Below the pieces are notes generated by a model. The model did not search any database, was not told the origin of the DNA, and saw only the letters and a program-made list of their open reading frames with translations. The translations under genes and the position numbers were made by a program. From the NCBI GenBank assembly GCA_016748015.1, contig JAAOMT010000009.1, positions 1 through 64,000 on the forward strand: 64,000 nucleotides of DNA. The letters run 5' to 3'. This DNA is from Geosiphon pyriformis uo1 (taxonomy: Eukaryota > Fungi > Glomeromycota). Positions 1 to 14,071 of the stretch are shown in pieces (positions within the stretch are counted from its first letter, which is position 1; the number at the start of each line of letters is the position of its first letter).

Positions 1-579
1 AATATACTTTATGAGACTATACTGTTCCCTATTCATCTCTTTATTCAAGTTTTTTAAATGGTTCAACACACTCATAACGTTTAAAAAATGATTCAAAGCT
101 TTCAAAATATTTTTATGAATTACAACAAAATTTTTTTTTTACAAATGATTAAAATCCAAATTTTCTTAACAAAATGATTGAAAAAATTAGCGAGGATTAG
201 GGTTTTATTTAACTCAAATAACATTCACTCCTAGGTTGAGCGATGTCTAAACAAAATTCTTCAATTAATTAATTTATCAATAAAAAACTGGCGAAACGCA
301 ATCTTAAATTGGAAAAACGCGAAGAACTGACTGTCATGTTTTCAATGGCAAAATATACTAAAGTTTTTCTCAAGGTTGCCTTTTATGTTGCTCATTTTAC
401 ATGGTATTAAGTATAGTAGTATAGTCATGTCGAAATTTCACAAAGAACCATTCCGATCAACTGATCGACATAAAAGATACCCTAGATTTTTCTCAATTAG
501 AACATCATAATTCTCACGCACTAAAAAGATAAAAAAGAACCTTTTAACCAATTAAGATTTCTTTCCTCCCTTAAAAAAT

Positions 580-2059
580 ATGGTATCCTTAAGTGTAAAA
601 ATCCTCACATTTATCGTCATACTCATTTCTTTATTTTTTCCCTTTTTGCGAGAGACTGCTCAGCTAATAGGAATATTTAGAACAATTCCAGCTTATGATG
701 GTCATAAAAATTGTGAAGTAATTTCAGGTAAACCCATGTTATCACAAATTCAAATCGGAGTGATGATTAATTCAATGCGAGGAAACTTGAATTTTCAGGA
801 ACAGAAGCTTGTGAAGATATCGTCATTCATCATCCGAGTGGATATGCTTTCATGGCTTGCTCCTCTCACCTCGAACGAACAGCCCAATATTGGCCTCCTC
901 TTGGTTTATATAATAAAATGAATTTTCAGCCTCGTAATCAAGTTTGGTCATACAATATTGAAGTGAGGAATTTGAAAATATTGTCACTCATTGAATTCAA
1001 CTTTTATATTCAGTTTAAGATTTACCTCATTTTTTAGACGAGTGAACTTTCTCCTTTGACCCTGAAAAATTTTCCTGAAACTACGGATTTCAGTCTTCAT
1101 GGATTAGGCATTTATGAAGAAACAGCCGACCCTACCAAACTATATCTATTTTTAGTGAACCATCGACGTTCAGGGAGCGTTATAGAGGTATTTGAGCACA
1201 CGATCGGGACAAAGGAGTTAAGCCATCGCGAAACTGTTTCCCATGAGCTCATCGTCACCCCTAATGACGTTGTGCCTGTCTCATCGAATGAATTCTATGT
1301 GACTAACGATCTTGGTTATAAAGAACCTGGAATCATGCGAGAGTTTGAGAGTAAGTTTTAAATTAGTAACTGAGACAGAGGTGTGAACCTAAATTTTTAT
1401 TCAAACATGGCCCTTCCGTTTTTATCATATATAGTTTACACCAGAAGACCATGGGGAAACGTCGTTTTTCATTCTTCGATTACAAACACAACAGCTATCG
1501 TTGCCGGAAACATAGCATATGCAAACGGAATCGCATCGAATTGGGATCACACCAGGCTATACGTTGCCTCCGGTATAAACGGGAAGATCATTATTTTCGA
1601 ACGACGATCAGATAATCGTTTAATTGAAATTGAAAATGTCAACTGTGGAATTGTTATTGATAATATTTCTGTCGATGAAGAGACTGGTGAAATATACGCC
1701 GCAGGTAATGTTCTTGAAAAAATAATCAAAAAATTTCTGTTTTGGGATTTATCCATTTTCAGCATATAAAACTTTAAACTAACATCAAAATAAACTTAAT
1801 AGGAATACCCAAGCCGCTTATGATAGCTAAATACTTTAAAGACACTACTCGCAAAGCACCAAAACCTCCGGTCCAGATTCTTAAGGTATCAAATAACACA
1901 GCTGAAGACAAATATTTAGGCAAAAAGTATACGATTTCAACAGTATTAGAAGATTCTGGTCATTTCGCTGGAATTTCTATTGCAGCAGTGGACAAGAAAC
2001 GAAATACTTTGTTTCTTGGGTCAATCCTGGGCGAAAATTGGAAATGCAAACTTCCGTAA
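580..2059 (+). CDS. Paraoxonase/arylesterase-like (calcium-dependent phosphotriesterase, six-bladed beta-propeller) protein, 5 exons
   Basis: GT-AG introns give exons 580-727, 799-962, 1038-1350, 1435-1704 and 1803-2059 in one continuous frame. Hydrophobic N-terminus, then motifs C-x7-ACEDI, FSLHGLG, LFLVNH, PNDV, FYVTND, ANGI and IDNISVD, typical of the PON/arylesterase family. Confidence 0.9.
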
Positions 2060-2519
2060 AAATGGTTGTGAAAATATCTTCCTCTGAAGAAATTGCAAAG
2101 GTTTATGAGTAAAATAAAATTCATAACCAATATTCGAGTGACGAGGAGATATCAAAAATTCACGCTGGAAAAACTTGTCAAAAATGAATCAGAAATTGTC
2201 CCTAAACCAAATATAAAACAACTCTTTACCATGGAAAATAAAAAGCCTTCGGACCATGATCTAAAACAAGCCGTTAAATTCTTGTTCATCTGATTCTTGA
2301 TTTTTTATTTATCTCGTATTTCAACTTCCGACCTGATTACTTCTCTGTTAAAATCTCCAAATGAATATAGGCTAAAGTTTTCTGCATGGATTTTTACGTT
2401 TTTTAATTTGATCGATGTTGGATTAACTCAAGTAAATTTTAGAAACAAGATATTTGAGATTACTTTTTGATGGATTGAATCGATCCACCAATCAATGCCC
2501 AGAGAAAAATTTCCAGGGT

Positions 2520-5330
2520 ACCTTTTAAGTCCTCATTAATCTCAAGTTCCCATCCATTACATCTAAACCCTTTATTTCTGCCACAATGTTTAACTTTTTT
2601 AAACTTTGCATGTGTCCTATCAATATCGTGTTATTTAATTTTGGCAATTATTTTTTTTTGGTAATAAATTGTCAAATTTCAATGTTTTTTAATGCATTTG
2701 AAGTAATATAATTAAACATTTCATATGGTATCTTTTTTACTAAAGCCCATTTGAATTTTTTGCATTTTTCTCTTACATTATAAATGAAAAAATTTTTGCT
2801 TTTTTTCATTGTTATTTTGTTTGTTGCAACCAAAAAACTTGATTTTTCATTAATTTTGATAATGTACTATTTTTATTGTATATGTTATTCTTGTGTAATT
2901 TTTATATAGTTATTATTAATTTTTGCATTTCTTAAAATGATTTTTTAAAACTGGCTAATGTATTGCCTAAATCTTTTTGTTTGCACTTGTTATTAGCCTA
3001 AAAAAAAAATTAAAAATATTTCCAGCTTATTTTATTTTTTGGTTTATTTTGAATTATAATATTTAAAATTCTAAATTTACTAATATTAATTAAAAATTAA
3101 TCTACATTATTCTTTAATTTTGAGTTTTGAGATTATTTAACCTTAAAATTTTATAATAATATTCAAAAAAAAAAGAAATAATTTTTTCTGTTTATAAAAA
3201 AATAGTTTAAATATTATATGTTATATTAATACATATAAATACCCAAAGTAAATATGAATTATGTATTGTTTATAAGTAACTGCAACAAAAAATTTTATAA
3301 TATTACTTGTTATATAAAACTATTAAAATTTTAAAAATTCAAATATACTATATATATTTAATCATAATACTTATTACATATTTTTAATTATAAATTAAAC
3401 TTTATTTTTTAGTTTTTATTATTAATAAGCAAAAAAATAAATACTATAAAACAGTAGAACTCTTTTTTTCTCTTATTTTTATAACCATACCTAAAGCAAA
3501 GAGTAAAAAAGTTTCAAACATTATTTTTTTTATAGTAACTAATAAAGTTTTAACAAAAAAGAGTCTTTTTATTATTGAAGCAGCTAAGTAAAACATTTTG
3601 GCAATGTTTTTTTTAAATAATAGTAGTAAAAAGTTATTTTTGGTAGCTTTTGGAATATTTTTCTTATCTTTGGCTAATAATTTTTTTTCAATTAAGATTT
3701 TTTCTAAAAAACACACATAAATTAGTTTTAGTGTTGTTTCTATTCTTTTTAAAAGCCCAAAATATTCCAGTTAACAAGCTGGTCTTTTTTATGATTACTA
3801 TTAACATCACTATTATCTTCTTACAAATGGCTAAGAAAACCAAAAATTTAAAAAAACAACAGCAATTACTTATGATTGCTAATGTTATATTAAATTTTTT
3901 TGTAATTCTAAATAAAATTTTGGATAAAATTTTTCTAGTAACAACCAATCTTTTTCTTAATATGAGCAATAATAACAATAACATATTTTTTAAAATAAAT
4001 CTAGAATAATTATTGACTGTATTATTAAATATAGTATCTTTTAACAGATTATTACCAGTTCTAAAAACAAAACAACTTATTAAGTCATTTAATCTTAAAA
4101 ATTAAACTAATTAAATAAAAACTGAATTAATTTCTGCTTTTTGTTTTTTGGTATTGTTTTTAATAATGTCTGAAAAACAATTTTTAGTCATCAAAAATTT
4201 TCTAAATAAGTGGTCTTTACTTTGGTATTTAATACTATTTTTAAGCTTAAATTGGTCTTGGTAAATTCATTGTTTTATTTGTTGCCTAATTTTGTTAGAC
4301 TTAAGTAAGTTTTCAAAAACAATGTTAAGTTATTTTGTATAAATTTTGTTTTTGAGAATTTTTTGGTTGCTATTGTTAATGTTTTTATTGTTAATGTTTT
4401 TATTAATGGTTTTTTTTGGACTATATTTAAGATTGCAAAATTTTCTGTAATAACTTTTAGTCTTTTTTTATTATTTTTGGTATATTTTATAATGTTTTTT
4501 TTTTTAATTTATTTTTTAATAACATAAAAAATGCTTTTAGTATTTTTGGTATTATTATTACTATTAAATTAAAGTTTGCTAATTTGTGAAAATATATCAT
4601 TATTAATTTTAAAAACTTTTTTTCTGTTGCTGTTTTTAGTAATTAATTTTTTCTTCTTAATTAAAAAAAGATTATTTTCTTAAAAGATTTTTTTTACAGC
4701 TATACTGTCTTTGAAATTAGTAATAGGATTTTTTAGGTTAGTGACTGTACTTGTTTTATTTTTTATTTTTCAGATTTGTATTATTGTCAAAGTTTTATTG
4801 TTGTTATTTTTGAGTTTAAAAAAATATTGAAGCTTATTATGACAAAAACTAATACTTTGTGCAAATATTGTATTTGGTAAGAAAATTTTGAGTACTACTA
4901 TTACTATAAGTATCAAAATCTGAATTATATATTTGCTAACTATAAAATAATATTTTTTTTGTTTTCTAAATTGTTTTCTAAATTAGTGGTTGGTTTTAAG
5001 TTTTTTGTGTTATTTTTTATTAATAATAAGTTTTATATTATGACTTTTGTTCTTTTAGCTTTTTTATTTGCTGTTCTTTTAATTGTTTTTGTTTCTAATT
5101 TTGTTGTTAAATCTAGATTGAATTTTTTAAAAACTTAAATCTTAAGCTTGGCTGTTCTAGTAAAATTTATTATTAAGTTTATTAGTTTTTTAATCACTTT
5201 GATTATCAATTTTTTGAATAATAATACTGCTAAGATTTTTTAAATTAAAAAAAATTTGCTTTTTATAAAGTGTATTGCTAACAATTTTTCCAATTTTTTG
5301 GTCAATATTTTTAAGAATAGTTAATCTTAG
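2520..5330 (-). mobile_element. Highly degenerate LTR-retrotransposon (probably Ty3/gypsy) gag-protease relic
   Basis: Minus-strand translation gives NIDQKIGKIVSN (~5275-5310), resembling gag QK.GETV, and KAEINSVFI*LV*FLRLNDLIS (~4075-4140), resembling a mutated aspartic-protease motif. Many stops, extreme AT content and almost no CpG. Boundaries approximate. Confidence 0.4.
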
Positions 5331-8300
5331 ATTTAAAGTTGATTTTAATGATATAAATTATAATAAAATACTAACTGTTAAACTTTTTTTTTTGAATATA
5401 AACACTATCAAACATATTATAGTTTTATAATATATTTTATATTCTAATAAAAAAAATAATATTAAGTCTATCAGATTATTTTCAATAAATTTATCTTTAA
5501 TTTTAAGAACTTAAATGATATTATTAAAAGATTAATATACTGAATTTATTTTTGGCTTTTTTTGTTTTAATATAGTATTGTTTTAATTGACTTAAATAAT
5601 TAATTACATGTAGAAAGTACATAATTTATATTTAATTTAGATTATTTAATTTAATATATTGTATTAATTTGTGTTTAGATCTCATTTATTAAACATAATA
5701 AAAATAATAAGCAGATTAAATTATGTTATTAATAGATTATATAACTTAATAAAAAGCTTATAATTAATATTTTTTTTTATGTTTTCAAACCAGTTAATAT
5801 TATTCAAAACAATAAAATAAAACATGAATGTTAATAAATTTTACCAAAAATTCCAAAATTTATTTAAAATTTTCAATTTTTAATTATAGTTATATTATTA
5901 TACTTAGTAAATTTAATTGCAAAATACTTTTTCTTATGCAATTTTTTTTATTAAATAACTAATAAACAATTATATATAATTTTTATTAAATAAATATAAA
6001 TATTTACAGTTATGTAATTGTTAATGTATTATATTTTTAATATTTTAATCTATTTTGTAAAAATTATAAATAAATATTTAATTTAAACAACAAATATTTT
6101 GATATTTGAATTACACAAAAAAATTTGTTAATTTAATTATTTAATATTGTTTAAAATAATTGTGTTATTAATATTAAAAAATTAAAAAAGTTTTTTTTGT
6201 AACTAAATTTATTTTTGTTTTAATTTTTTTTAAATTTAATATTTTTATTACATTTTTTAAAATAAATAGCTATATTATTTAATATATTAAATATACTTAA
6301 ATTTTTAATTAAACTATTTATAAAAACATAATAATATTGGTATTAATATCTGCTTGGCATTATTTTGTAATTAAAATTTCTTTATTTAAATTTGTAAAAA
6401 TATTTAATATAAATTTATCTAAATCAAAAATTATTAAATTTGTTAATTTGATGCTTAAAAAAATTACTATTTTTTTGTATTATAATTGTATTACATTTTT
6501 AAAATTTGATTTTTTTGATTTTTTAAAATTATTTTGTTTAATAATTAATTTGTGTATAAAACACTTATTTTTAAAAAAAATTGTAAACAAATTTTCAATT
6601 AATTTTTAAATTATACTTTAAAAAAATGATTATTATATCTAATAAAAATTTTTAATAAATTTGGTTTCAGCAAAATAATTATTAATTTATAAATTTATAA
6701 ATTTATAAATTTGTGTAAAATATTTTTAATCAAGCGGTTTAAATGTTTCAGATGCAATATATTATACAATATACTTAAGTTAAATTTCGTTTAAAATACT
6801 TGAATTTATATAAAACTAAATAATACAATATTATTAAAATTTTTTTTTTTTAAAAAGTTTATCTTATTTTTAATCAGGCTTTGTATAAATATGTTCTATT
6901 TTTTAAGAATTTTGTTAAGAACAAAACAGATTTAAGTGTAATACTGAATAATAAGTATAAAACAGCCAATATAAAATACAATATTTATTTATTTATTAAA
7001 AATTTGATTTTCAATATACTTTTTTTATAAATATTTGACCTTTTTTTTTATTTAATTAACATTTGAAATGTTCAAAATTTTTGTAAAAACTATTATTCTA
7101 AAGTATTATGTTTTGTATATCTTGCAACCAAAATAAACTTTTTATTAATTTTAAATTTTATAATTAGAACAATAACTGTTTTGTTATTATTAATAGAAAT
7201 ATTATTAATATCAAAAAATTTCTTAAAATAATTTGCATAATAACATAATTTTATAACACTCAAATGATATTATTCACAAATATGTTTATAACAAAATACA
7301 TTATTATAATAGATTTGTCTTTAATTTTATCCAAAGTTTTTATAAATTTAGTATTTAGTCTGTAATCGTATATTTATTCATATTTTTTTACTTTAAATAA
7401 CAAAAAATCACTAAAAACACTTAATTTTAATCTAAAATATTACACAACTTGTAACTATTAATATAGCAAAAATTTATTCAAAGCAAATTAAATTTTTATT
7501 GTGTAATTTTTTAAAAAACTTGATAAAATCTTTGTATTTTTTGATTTGGTTTAAGCTTTTTTGAAGTAAAATTATCTAAAAAATTTATACATTTGTGCAG
7601 TTATAAAACACTAATAACAATTTTTAAATTTTTTCAATAAATCTTAATTACCAAACCTATTACATAGATTAGTGCTTTGTTGAACACTGCAAAAAAATTT
7701 TCTTAAGCATGTTATACTTTTTACAAACTGTAAAAAATTCTGTTAGTCAAAATTCTATTCAAAAATTTTTTAACTGTTTTAATAAACACAATTAATCTGA
7801 TATTGTTCAAAATTTCATTCTAGTTATAAGATTTAGAAATTATTGAAACACAGAATATTTTTAAAAACTGGGCTGCAAAAATCTGACTAAAAATGTCTTT
7901 TAATGTTTTCGGAAAACTTTTTACAACTATTTACGATAGTTTTGTTTATAATATTAACAAAATTATTAACATCTACATAATACAAAAATCTGTACTAATT
8001 TAGCCAAAAAATTGAATTGACAAAATTGTTTCTTCTTTTTTGAGTTTATAAATTTATAATTTTTGCTTATTTATTTTTTCTTAAAAATAAGTTTAACAAT
8101 TTGCAATATTAATTTTTTGATTACATTTTAAATCAGATTCTAAGTATTAATGTTTTTCAATAATTTATCAGCATTCAAAACATTTAAATTTGTTAAATTA
8201 TTTGTATTTTTTCAAAAGATTACAATCCAAAAAGTGTTTTATTTCAGCATTTACAATTAGACCCAAATAATTGACCATTGAATTTTTTGATAACAACTTA

Positions 8301-9400
8301 ATGTTTGAATCTGTAATTTATTTTAATATAATTCTTTTAACAAAGTCTTATCAAATTTATTTGTTATATTACATAAATTTTTGTATTTTTTGTAGTATCT
8401 TATAATATTGTTCTGTTTTGTAGAATTGTATATACTCTTAATATTGTATATAACAATTTTTCATATTTAAATGTTCATAAAATAAGAGCCGCATTTTTCC
8501 TAATTAAATTTTGCCAGTTTGAATATTATTGTATATAATCTACATATCAATTTTAATCATAATAATAATTAATTACAAGTGAAAAACTAAATAATTGAAT
8601 AAAATATAATTTGCGGAATAAATATTAAAAAACTGTGTTTATAAGTAAAATTAGTTGTAATCATTAATATTACATTATCAAAAATTACAATAATTATCAA
8701 AGTCTTTAAAAAACATTAACAGCATTAAAAAATCTGGCAATAATAATAATATCTTGAAATATCTCTTATCCATTTGTTAAATTGTTATTCAAAAAACCAT
8801 AAACATTGTAAAAAATAAATTCAATAAAGTCGAAGACAACTTATAAAACTTATTTCTGTAAACAGCCATACTCTTTTTAACCAGTTTGAAATTTGATTGT
8901 TCCAATAAGAAATGCAATCTAGATCTCTTTGAATTAACGCCAAAGCTGAGAATTGCAAAAAAAATACTGTTTCTACCATCAAGATCTTTTCTTTTGAAGT
9001 AAAATCTCTTATGTAAACCAAAAATTCATATTGTAATGCCAAGAAAAAGATGGTATTGGTAGATTTATTAATACTGTAGTTTTTCTAAGCATGAATTTAA
9101 CATCATAAGCTCTTTATTCTGAAAAAATTCTAAAAGCATGTATTTTGTCCTTTATATTCTCTTGTTAGCTGAGATATCAAGAATTTGGATACTTTAAATG
9201 TAGAAGCCAACATGCAGAAATTATAACACGAAACTCGAATATACATTAAAAGATACTTATATGTTTTGCAGTTATAAAAAGGCTGAAATACCTGTAAAAA
9301 ATGCTCCAAAATAATACAACAACTGTTAAAACGCTTTGAAATCAGAAAAGACACATTAATATATTTAGTAGTTGTGATATGTGTAAAGTTTCAAAAAGTG
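5330..9400 (-). mobile_element. Degenerate LINE (non-LTR retrotransposon) ORF2: APE endonuclease, RT and probable RNase H
   Basis: In order on the minus strand: FYNVYG...DIIIIARFFNAVN (GDFN motif, ~8720-8800); NNIRLIVFIKTVKKFLNRILTNRI (cf. NTRPIALIETARKILSKILSDRI, ~7735-7810); INSYKLCNILD*N*VF (cf. DGLDQGEV); FVNNII*V (cf. FVDDTIWV, 7257-7280); FFDINNISINNNKT; LIIQYYT*ICFV. The RNase H part and both ends are less certain. Confidence 0.85.
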
Positions 9401-10329
9401 AAATGGGAGTTTTAAGAATGAAACAGGTAAGGAGAAAAAAATTTCAGCTACGCTTTTGGGTGAGTTATTTTTTTTTTAATAATTTATTCAGAACGTTGTC
9501 TATTTTGATGTTTTTATTTAATAACATAAATTTTTCAATAACGAAAGTCTTTGAAATAAAAAGAGTATTTTTAAATAGAAGAGTTAAAATAAATAATTTT
9601 TTATAATTTATAAATTTCTTAAATTAAACAAAAGTTTAATTATATGCTTGAATTATTATCATTTAATCTATTGAAGTTTGAATAGTAAAACATAATAACT
9701 AATGATGAAAACTTTATGTCATTGTTTTTGCATAATAAGTTTTTTGGTAGAAAACATTAGATTCTATTTTTTAATAAAAATTAAACCAAATAAAATTTGC
9801 AAAAATGTAAAAAAAAAGATAGAGTTATAAAGGGAGCTTGGAATCCTGGAAAGCTTAATAACTAACAACCAATGTTGTAAAATAATGGGTCCCTGAATAA
9901 ATGGCATATAACACAATATCATTTTAGAAATCCACCATTTTCGCTATAAGTTTTATTGTCAGGAAATTAATACAATAAGTAACGACTTTGAAATATTTTG
10001 ATTCAAATCCCACCTTTAAGACATGGGTTTAGTATTATTATTATTATTATTGAGCACATAGACTAAAGAAATTGATAAGATTTTTTCGTTATTTTCTTAA
10101 ATTAAAAACTTAATATTCAAAAGCTAAAATTCTGAAAGTAAGAAATTGTTTCTAAAGATGAAAGGTCAACAAAATTTTGCGAAACTTAAATTAGAGTTAT
10201 TGTTTTTCCTTTTCCATTGTTATTTGCGAAGAGAAAATAAACAAAAGTAGATCATTTTGTGATATTTTTCAAGAAACGAGTCCCTATAAAAAAAACCTGA
10301 TGCCATTATTTATTGATAGAGTTGTGGCT

Positions 10330-11030
10330 TATCTTACTGTTCACACAATCGCCAATAATCTACGATGCAGTAAAAATTAGTCTTTTATTTTGTATTTCAT
10401 GTCACAAACCTGCAATGACAAAAATACATCATCACTTGAACTCTGGGACACCAAAATTGGACATCAAGACAATGGAAAAATGTGCTTTTTTTTTAGATGA
10501 AAGCACTTTCACACAATTCCAATTGGGACTGCAAAGAAGTACCAGGTGTAGGGCTGTATGAAAGTTTTGTTACTTTCACTCTAAAGTATACTTTAAGTAG
10601 AATGTTTTAGGGATATCTTCTTGGTACACACTGTAACAATGCATAGGTCAGCTAAAGCTGAATTGCATGCTACTACAATTAAAAAGTTTGTCAATCCAAC
10701 TTTACAAAGTCATTTTTTCTATCTAAATGGTGTCTTTCAAGAAGATAATGCTGCTCCACATTGCTTTCAAAGCTTATCAAATTTGCACGCGAAAATGCAG
10801 AATTTAGGTTATGCACATCTCGAATCTCTCCACGACCATCAAGTTTCTCAAAGTTTAAACCTTATTCTTCCACACAACTACTATAAAAAATTAATTGAAA
10901 AATATGACTAATAAAATTTATGATCTCATTCTTTGTAATGATGGTGAAAGATGCTGACATTAAAATCCACAAATTACAAAAACAACTTTCATGCTTGTGA
11001 ATTATAATAGCAGAGGAGTTTTTAATCCGA
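10330..11030 (+). mobile_element. Tc1/mariner DDE transposase relic
   Basis: Fragments FFLDESTFTQFQ (first catalytic D) and NGVFQEDNAAPH (second D) in broken frames. Confidence 0.7.
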
Positions 11031-13231
11031 AAATTTTTTTTTAAAAAAAATATTTCCAGTTTAATATCAAGTCACAAGTTAAAACCTGCAGTCAAACCAT
11101 ATGAAAGAACAAAAGAGGAAAAACCTATGACTAATTCGAAATGATTTTATTTTAAATGACAAAAGAAGTGATAAATAATGCAATCGAGTTTTAAAATGAA
11201 TAATGATAATTTCTACTAAGTATATATAAGGTTAGATTATTATATTCAAATGATGGGTGATTGCAAATTGAAATGGAAATTTGTAGATTCTCAATTTTCC
11301 TGCAAACCGGGCATTTTAATTTCTTTACATATTTCGGAATTGTATGGGAAACACATTTCGTTCTTTAAACAGATATTGGAACATGCATTAAACTACTATT
11401 TTTTCTGCTTTTCTTATTATCGCTTCTTTTGAGAGGATCGTTTTAATGTATTAAATATTCTTAAAATAAGAGATTAATTTATTTAAATTTGTTTATTGCC
11501 AAGTAAATTAATAGATTTAAATATATAATAAATTTTTACGCAAAATTTTTTTCAATTTCAATTTCAATATCAAATTGTAATTCTTTTTTGGGCAATTTCA
11601 AATTTCGAATATCATTATATCCAAACCTAATCGAAAAACCTAAAAAATTATCAAAGTAAATTTACGATTTTATTGACCCGAAATAATATATGGTAATTGA
11701 AATTTAAATACGTACAACACACTAAAATAATATGGAAAATTATTCCCATTTGGATAAGAAGGCATGACTTAGCATGTCACGAGCTATATCGAAAATTTTA
11801 ATTTCAGGAATTTCTTTGAATATTCTAGTAAGTTCTTTGACTATCAGGGGCAGAAAATTCTATCATGAATGAATTTTCTTTAAGCCCATTTTTAGAAAAC
11901 ATGAATTATTGCTTATTTAATTGCTTCAATAATTGAACAATTTTAAGATATATCGATCTTAGAAGCAAATTTTAAAAACAGTATTTCATATTTTTTTTTT
12001 ACGTCAGATTTTCGGTAAATTGAAATCTATTTTTGCAAATCAAAATTTTTAAACCGAATGACGATTTTCTTGACCTTACGGAAAAAAAAATTTACACAGA
12101 AATCAAAGAAAAATGAAATCTGAAATTATTCTCCTCGATAAAATGAAATATAGTTGGCTTTTGAATTTGTTTTTCAAACCTATTTTTAGAAAAACATTTT
12201 AAATAAATTTTTTTTTTGAAAAACATAATTTGTTTAGGAGAATTGATTACAAAGTTAATAAATCAATTAAAACAAAAAAAAATTTTTTTTTGCAAAATGA
12301 ATAATAGAAATTAAATTCCCTAAACGAGTTTTCCAAAATATTTTATGAAAGAATAATTAAAGTTTCTTGAAAGTTGATTCGCACGGAAAATAAATTTTAT
12401 ATATCAATTTTTTACATTAAAATGCAAAACAAAGTTTAATAAAAGATATAAAGTAAAAAAATTAAAAGGAGCTTTAAATATTATATGTTCATCGATCGAT
12501 TTGCTTAAAAAAAATTTAAAGTTTAATTCATTTATTTTTAGAAAGAAATTTTTTAATTGCCCTCCAAGAGAATAAAAACTATTATTTAGATTTTTGATCA
12601 AATCTTCGAATATTGAATCGAAAAAAGTTTTTCTAATAGTTTACTGCATGAAATTATCTTCAATCGGATATTTTTAGAATGAATTCTTTTTCAAATTTGT
12701 CCACTAAAATTAATTTCTGATTAGTTAAGGTTTTAATAAAGCTTATTTACTTATATAAAGCTAATGACTAATTTTATTTCCGGCGATCAAACTTAAAGAT
12801 CTTTACCGAGTTAGGCAACTCAAGTAGACAAATCTATTTTTGGCGAGTATTTTTGACAAAAATCTTTAGAAATGCAAACCTCTATTCATGTATCTTACCA
12901 CGAATGACAATCACGTTATTGAATAAAGCTTTTGCTCTTGAAAAAATTCAACCAATAAAAAATCACTGGACAAAGTTTGGATTTAGCTTTCAAGAACAAA
13001 ATTCTTATATCCGTAGACATGTGACGGATTTTGTGGTAACCCAACGGGAAGCAAAAAATATTTAAGGACGAGATTTTTATTCCTTCTTTTTTATGCTTAC
13101 TTTTTGCTTTGAATTTACGCAATAATTTGAAATAAATAAATATCTTTGAGTTCACAAAATTCTTCAATTCTCAGATAAATCATTATTTTCAAAATCTATT
13201 TTCCGAGTTCAAGGCAATTCTAATAGCATAA

Positions 13232-14071
13232 ATGACTCATCAAATCATTCTTATTCAACGCCCTGATTTTCCACCAGATTTGACTCCACAAGAGCTGCTT
13301 GAAAATGCTTTCAAAAAATTGAATAATACCGGCAAAGTTTCTCGAGTTCCAAACCAATGGATGGCTTATCGTTCGGCAATTCTTAAAGACTTAAGTCTTG
13401 CGGGGCATCGAAAACACATAAATATGAAATTTTTTTCCACTATAGCTTCTCAACTTTGGGAACAAGAGCCAAATTTTGTAAAAGAACATTACAAAAATTT
13501 ATCAAAGAAAGCTAGTCTTTTATTTCAAGAAGCCTGGAAAAAATCACATTTGCAAATTCGATTTATGAACCAAAATAAAAATAGTCGGCCAAAGCGATCC
13601 AGCATTCATTCGACTCAAAATATTCGAGAAAATTTACCCAAGGGAGATGGAATTGATGATACACAACTACTATCCGATCAAATGAATTACAATATCGATT
13701 GGACTCCTGAGATATCCCTGGCTCAAGAATTTATTCCTTATGAAAAATCACAATCTCTTCAATTTCAATCTCCCCAATACGTCGACTTTCCACAACATTT
13801 GAATTTAGAGAATCCACTTGGATTAGAATTCTATAATTCTCCAACCTCTTTCATTGAACCAACCACAAATATCCCCGATCCATGTCAAGATTTTTTTATT
13901 GATGAAATACAGATAAGTTCTGAAATGGTTCCATCAGAAGTTGACTCACTTTACGAAAGAGTTAAGATGCTTGAAAACCAAATGCAAAACTTTCTTTATG
14001 AAGCCTCTTTGAAATTAGAAGAAAGAGTAAAGCATATGGAATATTTGTTGGGAGGCCAAACACAACTCTAA
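13232..14071 (+). CDS. MATA-type HMG-box transcription factor (divergent)
   Basis: Intronless 279 aa. RVPNQWMAYR...STIASQLWEQEPNFVKEHYKNLS is an HMG box, preceded by the RPDFPPDLTPQELL motif typical of the expanded Glomeromycota HMG family. Confidence 0.85.
   Translation: MTHQIILIQRPDFPPDLTPQELLENAFKKLNNTGKVSRVPNQWMAYRSAILKDLSLAGHRKHINMKFFSTIASQLWEQEPNFVKEHYKNLSKKASLLFQEAWKKSHLQIRFMNQNKNSRPKRSSIHSTQNIRENLPKGDGIDDTQLLSDQMNYNIDWTPEISLAQEFIPYEKSQSLQFQSPQYVDFPQHLNLENPLGLEFYNSPTSFIEPTTNIPDPCQDFFIDEIQISSEMVPSEVDSLYERVKMLENQMQNFLYEASLKLEERVKHMEYLLGGQTQL

Noticed and set aside
2093-2293. 66-aa ORF after the paraoxonase-like gene
   Set aside because: Non-ATG start as called, no motif, and probably within the 3' UTR.
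3444-6609. K/I/F/L/N-rich ORFs as membrane proteins
   Set aside because: Compositional by-products of hypermutated AT-rich transposon relics.
8821-9042. ORF peptide SYWNNQISNWLKRVWLF resembling the Fanzor2 N-terminal PYWN...LWLP motif
   Set aside because: Another frame of the same DNA gives ordered LINE endonuclease motifs (IAFL, NVYG, IIA(GD)FN) collinear with the RT downstream, and no RuvC or zinc ribbon follows.
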